Positions 1 through 12,629 of a DNA stretch of 64,000 nt are shown piece by piece. A program made the position numbers and the translations under genes. Under the pieces are notes generated by a model. That model saw only the letters and a program-made list of their open reading frames with translations. It made no database searches and had not been told where the DNA came from. The stretch is from assembly GCF_006345805.1 (NCBI RefSeq), contig NC_043020.1, positions 15,376,001-15,440,000 on the forward strand, read 5' to 3'. Numbering within the stretch: the first letter of the stretch is position 1; each line of letters opens with the position of its first letter. The stretch comes from Octopus sinensis (Eukaryota).

Positions 1-495
1 TATTTAACAATGATTCATTCATGTTGAAATCATTCTTTTATTACTAAATTTTTGACCAGAATGATTGTAGATCTTCTTGGGAGGGAACTTTCATAATAGT
101 AATGTTTTCCTTCCTCATCTCTCTGTATAATGCTAGTGAATTGGAATCAAACTTGCGATTGATAATGACTCGCACAAAATTTCGGATGCGATAGCGGAGT
201 CTCTCGCTCACAGTCCTGAGTTCATGTTTTAAAGTGATTAACTTTCCCTCAAGAGCTCGGTGTTAAGAGTTGCCATAAAGTTTCATTAATTTTTGTGTAA
301 GGTACAGTTGGTGAGGTGTAAACTCATTTTTCTCTTTAAATTTTATCGTTGTAGTTAACCATCCAATATGGCGGCGCACGTTGTTGACGTTTTCTTAAAG
401 TTTTGTTTTCCATCTAAGTTGTTTCCGTTTCGTAATTTCGTTACTTTGTTCACTGTAGATTTCTCCTAGGTGTTCTTTAAGAGTAATAGAGGCTG

Positions 496-636
496 TATGT
501 ATGTATGCATGCATGTATGTATGTATGTATGTATGTATGTATGTATGTATGTATGTATGTATGTATGTATGTATGTATGTATGTTTGTATGTATGTATGT
601 ATGTATGTATGTATGTATGTACGTACGTATGTATGT
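496..636. repeat. (TATG)n microsatellite
   Basis: Direct tandem TATG repeats; source of the spurious YIHT/MYVC ORFs. Confidence 0.95.
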
Positions 637-822
637 CTCGTCGGTAGCTCACGTATCTGAAAAAGAAGCACATTCTAAAGGATTAGAGCAAGTATATATT
701 TAGGTTGTTATGGCCGGTCAGAGAGTGACCAATGGTCACCCGCTGACCAGCCATAACAAACAACTTTGTAAATACATACATTCATACATACATACACACA
801 CACAATATATATATATATAATA

Positions 823-879
<57 letters not shown>

Positions 880-1094
880 TATATATATATCTAATATATA
901 TTATATATAATAATGCAAAAGATGAACTGATTGTTTGACAATTTTTTAACATCTATGTATTAATTTGTTGGGTACCATCTAGCAGTATATTGATATATAT
1001 TATCCCCTGGTGGGTTGAATTTTCAACCCCTATCTCATTTTATAACCTATATATATATATATATAATAAACTATTATATATATAATATAATATA

Positions 1095-1156
<62 letters not shown>

Positions 1157-1743
1157 ACAATGCAAAAGATGAACTGATTGTTGACATTTTTCAGAAATCA
1201 TGTATTAATTTTTGTGGGTACCTATCTAGCAGTATATTGGATATATATTATCCCATGGTGGTTTGAATTTCAACCCCTATCTCATTTTTAAACCTATATA
1301 TATATATATATATAATATTAGATCTATATATATATATATCTATATATATATATATATAAAGTTAATCCAACAAGAAAGCACATATATATATATATACACA
1401 TACATACAAACACACCTGACCTTGATAACCATCAAATGAAAAATGTTCGTGTTGTGTGTGTGTTGAGATAGTTTGTTGCTGAATCATTAGTTGTTGTTGT
1501 TGTTGTTGTTTTATTGTATTTCGTTGTTGTAAAGAGTAAAGTGAACATGTTTAAGGAGAGAAGGAGAGCAGAAGCGGTGGGAGAGGAAAGCGAAGAGAAC
1601 GACGGAAAGAAAGGGAAGGAGGAGGAGAAGAAGTCGGAGAAGAAGGTGCTGGGGGGAAATCTCTTTGGTGCTACCACCCACTGTTGACAGGAGCCAGCTT
1701 CCTGTCGTACATCATTGTTGTTACCTGGTGGGAAAAACAGCAG

Positions 1744-2360
1744 AGGGTTGTGGTGGCGTTGGAGTTGGCGGTGGTGGTGGTGGTGGTGGTTGTGGTGGTG
1801 GTGGTGGTGGTGGTGTTGTTTGGAGGTAGTTGTATTTAGGTAAAGGAGAAAGGATGAAGTAAATTTAGGGAGAACCGAGGTGGGAGAGGCTTTGTGAATG
1901 GGTTGGAGGAGGGAGATGGCGCTGGTGGTGGTGGTGGTGGTGGTGGTGGTGGTAGTAGATGGACGTAAGGGGTAACGCTCAAGGCAGAACAAAGGAGGGG
2001 GGAAAACACGTAGGGAGAGGGGGGAGTGATGACGATGAGAATGATGATGATGGTGGTAGTGGTGGTGGTGGTGGTTGTGATGGTTGTGATGGTGGTTGTG
2101 ATGGTGGTGGTGGTGGTTGTGATGGTGGTTGTGATGGTGGTGGTGGTGGTAGTTGTGATGGTGGTGGTGGTGGTGGTTGTGATGGTTGTGATGGTGGTTG
2201 TGATGGTGGTGGTGGTGGTTGTGATGGTGGTTGTGATGGTCGTGGTGGTGGTGGTTGTGATGGTGGTGGTGGTGGTTGTGATGGTGGTGGTAGTGGTGGT
2301 TGTGTTGGTGGTGGTTGTGTTGGTGGTGGTTGTGTTGGTGGTGGGCGTGGTGGTGGCGGT
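1744..2360. repeat. (GGT)n/(GGTTGTGAT)n degenerate trinucleotide array
   Basis: GGT/GAT triplet runs; explains the poly-H/T/G/V ORFs at 1432-2496. Confidence 0.9.
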
Positions 2361-2569
2361 AGTAGGTTTCGTGTAGAGGTTGTAAATCGGCGGTTCTCGA
2401 CCAGGGTCCATATGACCCTTTGGGGTTCATATGACCCTTATGGGGGGGGGGGATGAGAGGAGCAGATAAGATTTTGTTGTTAAAGCAAATTTGCAATAAA
2501 ATTGGTTATACTTCTATGATACACAAAATATTTTAACGATTTAAAAAATTCTTTTATTCTTTTACTTGC

Positions 2570-2787
2570 TTCAGTCATTTGACTACGGCCATGCTGGAGC
2601 ACCGCCTTAAACTGTCTTAGTCGAAGAAATCAACCCCAGAACTTATTATTATTTTTTTTTTTCGTAAAGCTTAATATTTATTCTATCAGTCTCGTTAGGT
2701 TACGAGACTGTAAACACACCAACGCCGGTTGTCAAGCGGTGGTGAGGGGACAAACATAGACACAAACACACACACACACACAAACAG

Positions 2788-2833
<46 letters not shown>

Positions 2834-2985
2834 CAAACTTCTTTCAGTTTCAGTCTACCAACTCTACTCACAAGGCATTGGTCGGCCCGAGATTATAGAA
2901 AACAACTGCCCAAGGTGCCACGTAGTGAGACTGAACCCGGAGCCATGTGGTCGGGAACCAAGCTTCTTACCACAGCCAATGCCTG
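2570..2985 (-). mobile_element. tRNA-derived SINE, family A
   Basis: Reverse complement of the ~420-bp family A consensus (tRNA-like head, internal CA repeat, GAGTAAAA-type tail). Confidence 0.85.
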
Positions 2986-3264
2986 AGCCTACTTATTATT
3001 TTTTCTAAGCTTATTCTACCGGTCTCTTTTTTTGCCAAACAGCAACGGGGACGTAAACAAATCAACACCGGTTGTCCAACACACACACACAAGTATACAG
3101 TGTGTAGGTGAACGTATGTAGCTGAAATGATTTACACTGTCGTTACGTGTGAGATGTTTTCGTTTTGACGCATCTAGGCTTAAATACCCCATTATCGGCT
3201 CCATAAGCCTTTTCGTTTCAGCTGGTCACATGACCTTGTGATTAAACGAACCTGTTGCTTGTAT

Positions 3265-3715
3265 TTATTTCTTTACTACTCACAAGGGGTTAAACACAGA
3301 GGGGACAAACAAGGACAGATAAACAGATCATGTCGATTACCATCGACCCCAGTGCGTAACTGGTACTTAATTTATCGACCCCGAAAGGATGAAAGGCAAA
3401 GTCGACCTCAGCGGAATTTGAACCCAGAATGTAACGGCAGACGAAATATGGCTACGCATTTCGCCCGGCGTGCTAACGTTTCTTATTTCTTTATTGCCCA
3501 CAAGGGGCTAAACACGGAGGGAACAAACAAGGACAGACATAGGTATTAAGTCGATTATATCGACCCCAGTGCGTAACTGGTACTTAATTTATCGACCCCG
3601 AAAGGATGAAAGGCAAAGTCGACCTCAGCGGAATTTGAACCCAGAATGTAACGGCAGACGAAATACGGCTACGCATTTCGCCCGGCGTGCTAACCTTTCT
3701 GCCAGCTCGCCGCCT
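3265..3715 (-). mobile_element. tRNA-derived SINE, family B, tandem dimer
   Basis: Two head-to-tail copies of ...GTCGACTTTGCCTTTCATCCTTTCGGGGTCGATAAATTAAGTACC on the minus strand. The central block resembles the Meta-type SINE domain (from recall, not aligned). Confidence 0.85.
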
Positions 3716-4244
3716 TCATGTGTGAGAGAACAACCTGTTGCTTGTATTGGTCGGCTTCCAACTGTCCAGTCGTGTTGGCGCAACAGTTCATTTTTCCTTA
3801 CTCGGGAAATTAATCACCAGCTCCAGGGAGCCTACTATTCTCTATAAGAACGGCAGTTCTCGACTGCTCTAGGTCTTTGGCACACGCCACTCACCACACG
3901 CAACTCGTCTCCAGCAACATTGTATCTGACACCAGCCAGTCTCCGCTTTCATCTTCTACACCAGACACCTGCCTACATCGTTGCTGAATGAAGACCATAC
4001 GACCAACAAAGCAACGACTGCCTCTACACACTACCAAACTGTACGTCAACTTTGCCTACAAGGTCAACGGTCCAGCCTAGCCACGAAGTTCTCTCACACA
4101 TGTTTGTTGTAACCTGTTATGTTATGTTAATTTATGTAGAGCAATCATTGTATTTATAACGTTATAAAATACAATGATTGCCATGCATGAATTATATAAA
4201 TAATATATAATATATACAATGAAAATAATATATATATATTAGCC

Positions 4245-4420
4245 ACTACACACATTTTTTTCTCTCCTTGTTTCTCTCCTTGTTTTTTCTGTGTCCCTTT
4301 CTGTAAAAGAGCGTAGGCTCGAAACGTAAAAGACTTTTTCTTTTCCTGAGCGTTATACTAATACATCTGTTTGCTTTGTACACCACCTGTCTTCGTCTTT
4401 TGTTTTTTTCGTAAACTCTC
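4245..4420 (+). mobile_element. ~175-bp (TA)n-flanked element with HHR-like motif (Penelope pseudo-LTR-like)
   Basis: Related copies at 16110-16345, 18380-18590 and 28866-29062 (-). All abut (TA)n and contain CTGT(A/T)(G/A)A-AGAGCGTAGGCTC-GAAACGT. Confidence 0.7.
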
Positions 4421-4422
4421 CC

Positions 4423-4475
<53 letters not shown>

Positions 4476-4517
4476 GTGTGTGTGTGTGTGCATGTACGTG
4501 TCTGTGTGCATGTACAT

Positions 4518-4855
4518 GGGTAAAGGGTAAAGACCTCCTTCGGTCGCAAATCAGCATGAGATGCGCCTAGAAAGTTACCCTCCGAGGCATAAGTCCGCGC
4601 AAGGTTGTTTATGGAAGACCAGCAGTCGCTCATGCATACCAGCCTCCCCTCGTCATCTCACCGATGTTACCCACGGGAAAAGCAAAGGCCGATACAGCTG
4701 GGAACCAGTGACGTTGCAACTCATTTCTACAGCTGACTGGACTGGAACAACGGGAAATAAAGTGTCTTGCTCAAGGACGCAGCACACAGCCCTGTCCGGT
4801 AAGCGAACTCACTACCTCTTGATCGTGAGCCAGACGCTCCAACCATTGAGCCATG
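4518..4855 (-). mobile_element. tRNA-derived SINE, family D
   Basis: Minus strand reads TGGCTCAATGGTTGGAGCG (A box) ... GAGTTCGCTTACC (B-box-like), then CCTTGAGCAAGACACTT and CAGCTGTAGAAATGAGT, ending in a (TTTACCC)-type tail. Confidence 0.7.
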
Positions 4856-4988
4856 TGTATGCATGTGTGCGTGCGTGTGTGTGTATACATAAATATATAT
4901 ATAATGACTCATATATATATATATACATATATATATGTGTGTGTGTGTGTGTGTGTATGTGTGTATGTATATACATGCATGCATGCAT

Positions 4989-5021
<33 letters not shown>

Positions 5022-5263
5022 TATCTATATATGTTTGTGTTACTGTCTGTTTCTTCCACCATCGCTTTGACAACCGATGGTGGTGTGTTTACGTCCCCGT
5101 AACTTAGCGGTTCGGCAAAACAGACCGATAGAACAAGTACTAGGTTTACAAAGAATAAGTCCTGGGGTCGATTTCTTCGACTAAAAAAGATGGTAGCTCC
5201 TGCATGGCTTCAGTCTGATGACTAAAACGAGTAAAAGAATAAAAGAATAAACGCATGAACACA

Positions 5264-5306
<43 letters not shown>

Positions 5307-5399
5307 TACACACACACACACATTAATGTTTGTTTTTATGCTCAGTTATAATAAAATCAATTTGACATTAATTTGATGAGTTACTCTATATTTTTACAG

Positions 5400-5905
5400 A
5401 GTACAAATTTAATCCTTTTGTTACTGTATTTATTTTGAGATGCTCTGTGTTTCTTTCAATTAATTTTAAATATAACAAAGAATTTAGTAAAATAACTTAG
5501 TTATCATTAAGCTAGTGTTAGGAACATAAATTGTGACTAAGGTTTGGTGGAAGATTTTAATTCAAAACTTTTGAAAACAAGACATTTGTACTACAGAGCC
5601 AGAGGTGGTTTCAGGTGGGTTGGTATCAAAATGGTTAAGACAGGAAGAACTAGCAGTGGCTTAAGGTGTCTTGATACTTATATATCATTCATTTTTACAT
5701 CTGTTTTGTTACCAAATTTCTGTTGAGAGACTCTGTGTTTCTTTCAATTACATTAAATATAACGAAGAATTTAGTAAAATAACTTAGTTCTCATTAAGCT
5801 AGTGTTAGGAATATAAATTGTGACTAAGGTTTGGTGGAAGATTTTAATTCAAAACTTATGAAAACGAAACATTTGTACTCAGAGCCAGAGCCGGTTTCAG
5901 CCAGG
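5400..5905. repeat. Tandem dimer of an AT-rich ~200-bp dispersed repeat
   Basis: The block ...CTCTGTGTTTCTTTCAATT...TAAGGTTTGGTGGAAGATTTTAATTCAAAACTT...CAGAGCCAGAG occurs at ~5440-5600 and ~5730-5890. Confidence 0.75.
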
Positions 5906-5944
5906 TTGGTAACGAAAGGGAACAAGAATGTTGTTAGTTACTTC

Positions 5945-6370
5945 GAAGTTTCAGCCAGCTACGACCTCGTTCGACGACATATTTTATCGGTCCCTTTTGC
6001 CGAACCACTAGATTACGGGGTCGTAAACATACCAACACCGGTTATCAAGCGGCGGAAGGGGGACAAACACAAGCAAAAAGGCACACACACACACACATAC
6101 ACACATACACACATACACACACACACGTATACACACACACATACACACATACACACACATACACATACACAAACTCATACACACACACACACACACGTAT
6201 ACACAGACGACGGGCTTCTCCCAGTTTCCATCTACCAAATCCGCTTACAAGGCTTTGGTCGGGCCGAAGCTATAGTAGAAGACACTTCCCTAGGGAGTCA
6301 CCCAGTAAGTTTGAACTTGGAGCCATATGACCCGGAAGCAAACTTCTTACCACGCAACCACGCCCTGAAG
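5945..6370 (-). mobile_element. SINE family A
   Basis: Diverged reverse-complement copy of family A. Confidence 0.8.
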
Positions 6371-7016
6371 CTATAAAAATACTACGGGACGCTCCTCGAA
6401 TTTGCGCTGGGGTCATGTTCACCCTTGCGTACGAACCACATTTTCCTTCTAAAGAAGACGATAGAGGTGTGACTTACGGGATACCTGTCTGCTATTTCCT
6501 GGTTGTCAAAGCAACCGTGCGGAAACTCCTCCGATGGCTCAGGTCGTTGGTGGTAGCGGTGATGTTGGTGACGATAGTGATGACTGTGTTGTTGCTGTTG
6601 TTGTTGTTGTTGGTGGTGGTGGTGATGATAGGGGTGATGAGGGTGAGGGTGAGAGTAGTGGGTAGTGGGGTGGGGTGGATATAATAAACGTGATGGGCGG
6701 GGATGGGTAGAAGAAGAAAAAACAGTAAATATTTTATCTTCGAGTCGTTTCAGCCATTATAGGCTGCGACCATGCTGGGGCACCGCCTCAAAGAAATTTT
6801 GCTGAACGAATCGACCCCAACACTTATTTATCTTTTCTTTTTTAAGCCACTCTTTGCTGAATCGCTAAGTTACAGGGACGTAAACACACCAGCACCGGTT
6901 GTCAAACGTTAAAGAAAATAAAGAAAAATGGAACATAAACCAAAACAAAAAAAAAACACAACAAAAGTAAATGGAAAATAGAATTTGTTTCACCAACTGC
7001 ACTTTGTAACCCCCAT

Positions 7017-7530
7017 CACCACTACCACCAATACTATGACCACCACTACCACCAATTCCACCAACACTACCACCATCAAACGACTACCGTTACAAATACA
7101 ATCATCACACCATCACCAACACCACCACCACCACTACCACCACAACCGTTACAACCACCACCATCCACCATCCACCACCACCACCACCACCAACACCACC
7201 ACCACCACCACCAACACCACCACCACCACCACCATTAATTTAGAAACAATCACCACTATCACAACAACCGTTACAACCACGACTGCTTTCACCACCAACC
7301 ACCACCACCAACCACTACTACTACTACTACTACTACTACCACTACCACCACAACCACCACCACCACTGCTACTACTACTACTACTACTACTACTACCACT
7401 ACTACCACCACCACCACCACCACCACCACCACCACTACTACTACTACTACTACAATAATAACCACTCCCTCCTCCTCCTCCACTATTATGACCACCACCA
7501 CCACCAACACCACCACCACCACCACCACCC
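7017..7530. repeat. (ACC)n/(ACT)n trinucleotide array
   Basis: Direct triplet repeats. Confidence 0.9.
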
Positions 7531-7910
7531 TCCCCCCCATACCACCTTATCTATTATTCCTTTTACATATCTTTTCAATATTAAGACAAAAAGAAAGAAA
7601 AATAGCGCGTCACAGCCCTGCCCCCTGCCCCCTCCTTTCCTTCCAGCCGTCCTACACCTCTGCGCATTGGTTAGACCACTGTCAGGTAAAGCGCTGAAGG
7701 ACGGCGGAGGCGGGGGGGAGAGGGTTACCTGTTGTCCACCTGACATTCCCACACACACACCTACACGCATACATTCATACATACTCATGCAGCGATAGAT
7801 TAAGTAGGTGTAGGTAGGCATGCAAAGGTAAGCTTTACAGACAAACACACCTACATATACAGGTATACACACTCGCACACACACATTCCCATATTCTCCC
7901 TCTCCCTCTT

Positions 7911-7942
<32 letters not shown>

Positions 7943-9391
7943 AAGCATACCTATACACAGAGAGAGACGGACAGGTACAGATATATGTAGAAAATGTAAA
8001 AAAAAAAGAAAAAGACAAGAAAAAATAATATAACAAAACTTAAACAAAATAAAAAGACCCGACCAACCCTGGCCCCCGCATAACCGTTTAGGACAAACCT
8101 TTCACATTTTTTTTCATATCATATCATACATTCACCTGTCAGGACAGTCCACACAACTTCCTTCCTTCCTTACTTGCCGTTCAAGTCTGTAATATTAATG
8201 TATTTATTCGATAACACGCCAAGAGTGTGTAGCAAGGAGGGATTCAGAAAAAACAGCCACTTCATCTTCACGCCATCATCGTTATTGTAACGACATTTCT
8301 CCACGACTTACGCAAAAATATAACAGAAAGTGAAACAGTAAAAATAAATGCGAACGAAACTTGGGATTGATTGTCTGCGTCGGCAACTTAATGAATTGAG
8401 AGATATTTGACAAAGAAGAGATTAAGTTTGTTGCTGAACAAAGAAACGAGCTGACATTTCGGACTTGGTTCATAACTTAATATTGTATACATGTTATAGA
8501 CAGACAAGTCAGTATCAAGGTAAAACTGAAAGTTTTGGATAATTTTATGAAATATATATGTATATACTCAAACGGTTTTTTAAACAGGGACAGCATAACT
8601 TTTGCAGGCAAGGAAATAATTTATCAAAAACCTGTCTCAAGTATCTGAACAGCCCTGTTTTTAATTTTTCGTTCTATCCTATCAAATATTGAATAACTAA
8701 AAGATATAGTCCACTGTGGCGGAATTTGAACCAAGAACCGTAAACTAAAAGGTCAAAAAAGCAAGATATTTCGACGTTGCCATTCTACCAATTTTGCCAA
8801 GCGACTAAGCTCTAATCTGCGTATATATCGAATCGGATCTACAGAAGGAAAACAGGTAAAAACTAATTACTAAAGAAAAAAAAGAGAGGTGAGGAAGAGA
8901 CAGAAGAAAGAAAAAAGAAGAAAAATAAGTAAAGGATGGCATTTCTGAATTTTCCTTCCGAAATATATACCAACAATGAGAAAGAAAAATGTCAAACTTC
9001 GATTTTAGGAAAAGTACAATATATTGAACTTGATTTTGCAAATTCTGAGATTATTTTGCATTAGTATTACAATATTTAACTATTTATTGACAAAAACACA
9101 ACAACACCAGCAACAAAAACAGAAAGGAACACGCTCAATTTTTTTGGTCAGGTTGTGATATAAGTCCCAGGGTGTGCTGAACATTACTAAGTTAACTCAA
9201 ACTCCATCCTTTGATAAAATCACACAAGCACACATACATTACGCCTCATCATCCATACATACACGTATCTCCTACGTTTAAATAGCAACTTTTTGGAGGT
9301 TCGGACTGAAGCGAATCAACTAAAGAAAAAGTATAATAAAAATCAAAGAACATTTTCGAAATTAATATCAGGTGGATCTCGTTAATTAAGG

Positions 9392-9515
9392 ATGGATTTC
9401 AATACGCACTACGCTCAGTTACCAACGGATTATGGACAATATCTTCCTACCTACTTTCCCTCCACCGCTCTCATGCACTATGCCCTCTATTTCGTATTTA
9501 CAATCGGAATCACAG
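9392..9515 (+). CDS. Candidate first coding exon of a membrane protein (possibly class A GPCR N-terminus plus TM1)
   Basis: ATG at 9392 with an in-frame TAA upstream (9383). Encodes 41 codons MDFNTHYAQLPTDYGQYLPTYFPSTALMHYALYFVFTIGIT plus a phase-1 G, ending at a perfect CAG|GTAAGT donor (GT at 9516). The sequence is non-repetitive, with a possible acceptor at 9371. No downstream exon was found. Confidence 0.4.
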
Positions 9516-9597
9516 GTAAGTTAAATATTTCTACTTTTAATCCACCTCCAAGCTCCTCGTTTATATATTACTGTTGTTAACACTATTGTTGTCATTA

Positions 9598-10160
9598 GGG
9601 CGGCGAGCTGGCAGAATCGTTAGCACGACGGGCGAAATGCGTAGCCGTATTTCGTCTGCCGTTACGTTCTGAGTTCAAGTTCCGCCGAGGTCGACTTTGC
9701 TTTTGATCCTTCGGGGTCGATAAATTAAGTACCAGTTACGCACTGGTACGATATAATCGACTTAATCCCTTTGTCTGTCCTTGTTTGTCCCCTCTGTGTT
9801 TAGTCCCTTGTGGGTAGTAAAGAAGTAGGCATTTCGTCTGCCGTTACATTTTGTGTTCAAATTCCGCCGAGGTCGACTTTGCCTTTCATCCTTTCGGGGT
9901 CGATAAATTAAGTACCAGTTACGCACTGGGGTCGATGTAATCGACTTAATCCGTATATCTGTCCTTGTTTGTCCCGTCTGTGTTTAGCTCCTTGTGGGTA
10001 ATAAAGAAATAAGTATTTCGCCCGTCGCTACGTTCTGAGTTCAAATTCTGACGAAGTCGACTTTGCCTTCCATCCTTTCGGGGTCGATAAATTAAGTACC
10101 AGTTACGCACTGGGGTCGATGTAATTGATTAGTCCCCTCCCCCAAAACTTCAGGCCTCAG
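9598..10160 (+). mobile_element. SINE family B, head-to-tail trimer
   Basis: Head GGCGGCGAGCTGGCAGAATCGTTAGCA, with units restarting at ATTTCG at 9649, 9831 and 10015 (period ~183 nt). Confidence 0.85.
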
Positions 10161-10614
10161 GATCGTTAGCACGTCGGACAAAAAGCTTAACATTTCGTCC
10201 GAGGTCGACTTAGCCTTTCATTCTTTTGGGGTTGATAAAATAAGTACCTGCCGAGTACCGGGGTTGAAGGAACTGACTAGTTCCCTCCCACAACATTTCA
10301 GACTTTTTGACTGTTGTTGGCAGGTTATTAAGTCGGCGAGTTGGCGGAGTCGTTAGTAATTCGGACATAATGCTTAGCGGCATTTCGTTCATCTTAGAGT
10401 TCAAATTCCGCTGTGGTCGACTTTGCCTTGCATCCTTTTGGAGTCGATAAAATAAATATCAGATGAGCAATGGGATCGATGTAATCAGCTGGTTCTCTAC
10501 CCACAAATTATCTGGCTTTGTGCCTATAGTAGAAAAAAAATTATTGATGTTATTCAGAGCAGTGAGGTCAACTTCGCCTTTCATCCTTTCGGGGGTGGGA
10601 GTGTCAATAGAATA

Positions 10615-10852
10615 AGTACCTATTTCTTTACTACCCACAAGGGGCTAAACACAGAGGGGACAAACTAGGACAAACACATGGATTAAGTCGATTATATCGA
10701 CCCCAGTGCGTAACTCGTGCTTAATTTATCGACTCCGAAAGGATGAAAGGCAAAGTGGACCTCGGCGGAATTTGAACTCAGAACGCAGCGGCGGACAAAA
10801 TACCATAAAGCATTTCGCCCGGCGTGCTAACGATTCTGCCAGCTCGCCGCCT
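10615..10852 (-). mobile_element. SINE family B
   Basis: Full reverse-complement monomer. Confidence 0.85.
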
Positions 10853-11079
10853 TCAATAGAACAAGTACCAGTAGAGCACTGGAGTCGATGTAAAAGACTA
10901 GTCCCGTCCCTTAAAATTGCTGGCCTTATTTGCAGAGTCATCGGTTAAAATACTTTGTGCTATTTAGTTACGACACTTCACGTTCTGAGTTCAAATTCCT
11001 GCGAGGTTAATTTTTGTCTTCTAACGATCCGTGATGGATACAATTGTGAAATTTTAGCTTGGATGATTCTATATCTGAT

Positions 11080-11403
11080 TATAGCCTCGGGCCAACCAAA
11101 GCCTTGTGAGTGGATTTGGTAGACGGAAACTGAAAAGAAGCCCGTCGTATATATGTATGTATATATATATATATATATGCATGTGTGTGTTTGTGTGTCT
11201 GTGTTTGTCCCGCTAGCATTGCTTGACAACCGATGCTGGTGTGTTTACGTCCCCGTTACTTAGCGGTTCGGCAAAAAGAGACCGATAGAATTAGTACTGG
11301 GCTTACAAAAGAATAAGTCCCGGGGTCGAGTTGCTCGATTAAAGGCGGTGCTCCAGCATGGCCGCAGTCAAATGACTGAAACAAGTAAAAGAGTAAAAGA
11401 GTA
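11080..11403 (+). mobile_element. SINE family A (5'-truncated)
   Basis: Matches family A body and tail. Confidence 0.85.
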
Positions 11404-11514
11404 AATTCAGTCGTCGTCGTCGTCGTTGTTGGTGGTGGTGATGGTGATGGTGGTGGGGAATAAGACTATAAATGTTTGGAAAATTCTTTCAGAATCGTAA
11501 TTCTTGTATCTTTT

Positions 11515-11965
11515 TTTATCTTTTACTTGCTTCACTCATTTGACTGTGGCCATGCTGGGGCACGGCCTTAAAAGTTTAGTCGAACAAAGCAAATCGACCC
11601 AGTTATTATTTTTTTTAAAGCCTGGTACTTATTTTATCGGTCTCTCTTTTGCCGAACCACTACGTTACGCTGACATAAACAAAGCAACACTGGTTGCCAA
11701 GCAGTGGTGGTGGTGGTGGTGGGGGTTACAAAAACAAACAACACACACACATACAAACACATACACAAATATATACACGGATATGTGTGTGTGTGTGTGC
11801 GCGCGCGAGTGCGTGTGTGTATATGTGTGTACACATGACAGGATTCTTTCAGTTTCCGCCAACCAAATTCAAATCACAAAGCTTTGGCCGGCCTGCAGCT
11901 GTAGTAGAAGACACTTGGCCAAGGTGCCGCGCAGTGAGACCGAACCCAAGATCATATGGTGAGCA
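11515..11965 (-). mobile_element. SINE family A
   Basis: Diverged reverse-complement copy. Confidence 0.8.
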
Positions 11966-11987
11966 ATAAATGAATAAATAAATAAAT

Positions 11988-12407
11988 CGCAGGAGTGGCT
12001 GTGTGGTAAGTAGCTTGCTAACCAACCACATGGTTCCGGGTTCAGTCCCACTGCGTGGCATCTTGGGCAAGTGTCTTCTGCTGTAGCCCCGGGCCGACCA
12101 AAGCCTTGTGAGTGGATTTGGTAGATAGAAACTGAAAGAAGCCTATCGTATATATGTATATATATATATATAAGTGTGTGTGTATATGTTTGTGTGTCTG
12201 TGTTTGTCTCCCTAGCATTGCTTGACAACCGATGCTGGTGTGTTTACGTCCCCGTCACTTAGCGGTTCGGCAAAAAGAGACCGATAGAATAAGTACTGGG
12301 CTTACAAAGAATAAGTCCCGGGGTCGATTTGCTCGACTAAAGGCGGTGCTCCAGCATGGCCGCAGTCAAATGACTGAAACAAGTAAAAGAGTAAAAGAGT
12401 AAAGAGT
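11988..12407 (+). mobile_element. SINE family A, full length
   Basis: Head CGCAGGAGTGGCTGTGTGGTAAG (A box) and GGTTCAGTCCC (B box), CORE-like CTTGGGCAAGT, internal (TA/TG)n, tail (GAGTAAAA)n. Confidence 0.9.
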
Positions 12408-12629
12408 AAATAAATAAATAAATAAATGAAGTAAAATAAAATAAAAATTGAAATTAAACAAACTTGTTAACCACTCACAAAAGAAAAGAAAATATGGAAG
12501 TAAAAGTACCTTTCCCCTTTCCATGAGTCATAATATACCTGCCTAATAGGAAACTCCGCCCATTTTTACTTCCAGTTTGTTTTCATCTTAGTCTTCCTGT
12601 GTCTCACACAACGATGAAGTATACTCTTT

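Noticed and set aside
363-377. CCAATATGGCGGCGC, a YY1/CCAAT-like promoter motif
   Set aside because: A single short motif with no adjacent exon evidence.
9598-10160. CRISPR-like array
   Set aside because: The units are continuous ~183-nt SINE copies with no unique spacers, in eukaryotic DNA with no cas genes.
11988-12060. tRNA-like heads with A and B boxes
   Set aside because: No complete cloverleaf; they continue directly into SINE bodies, so they are not tRNA genes.
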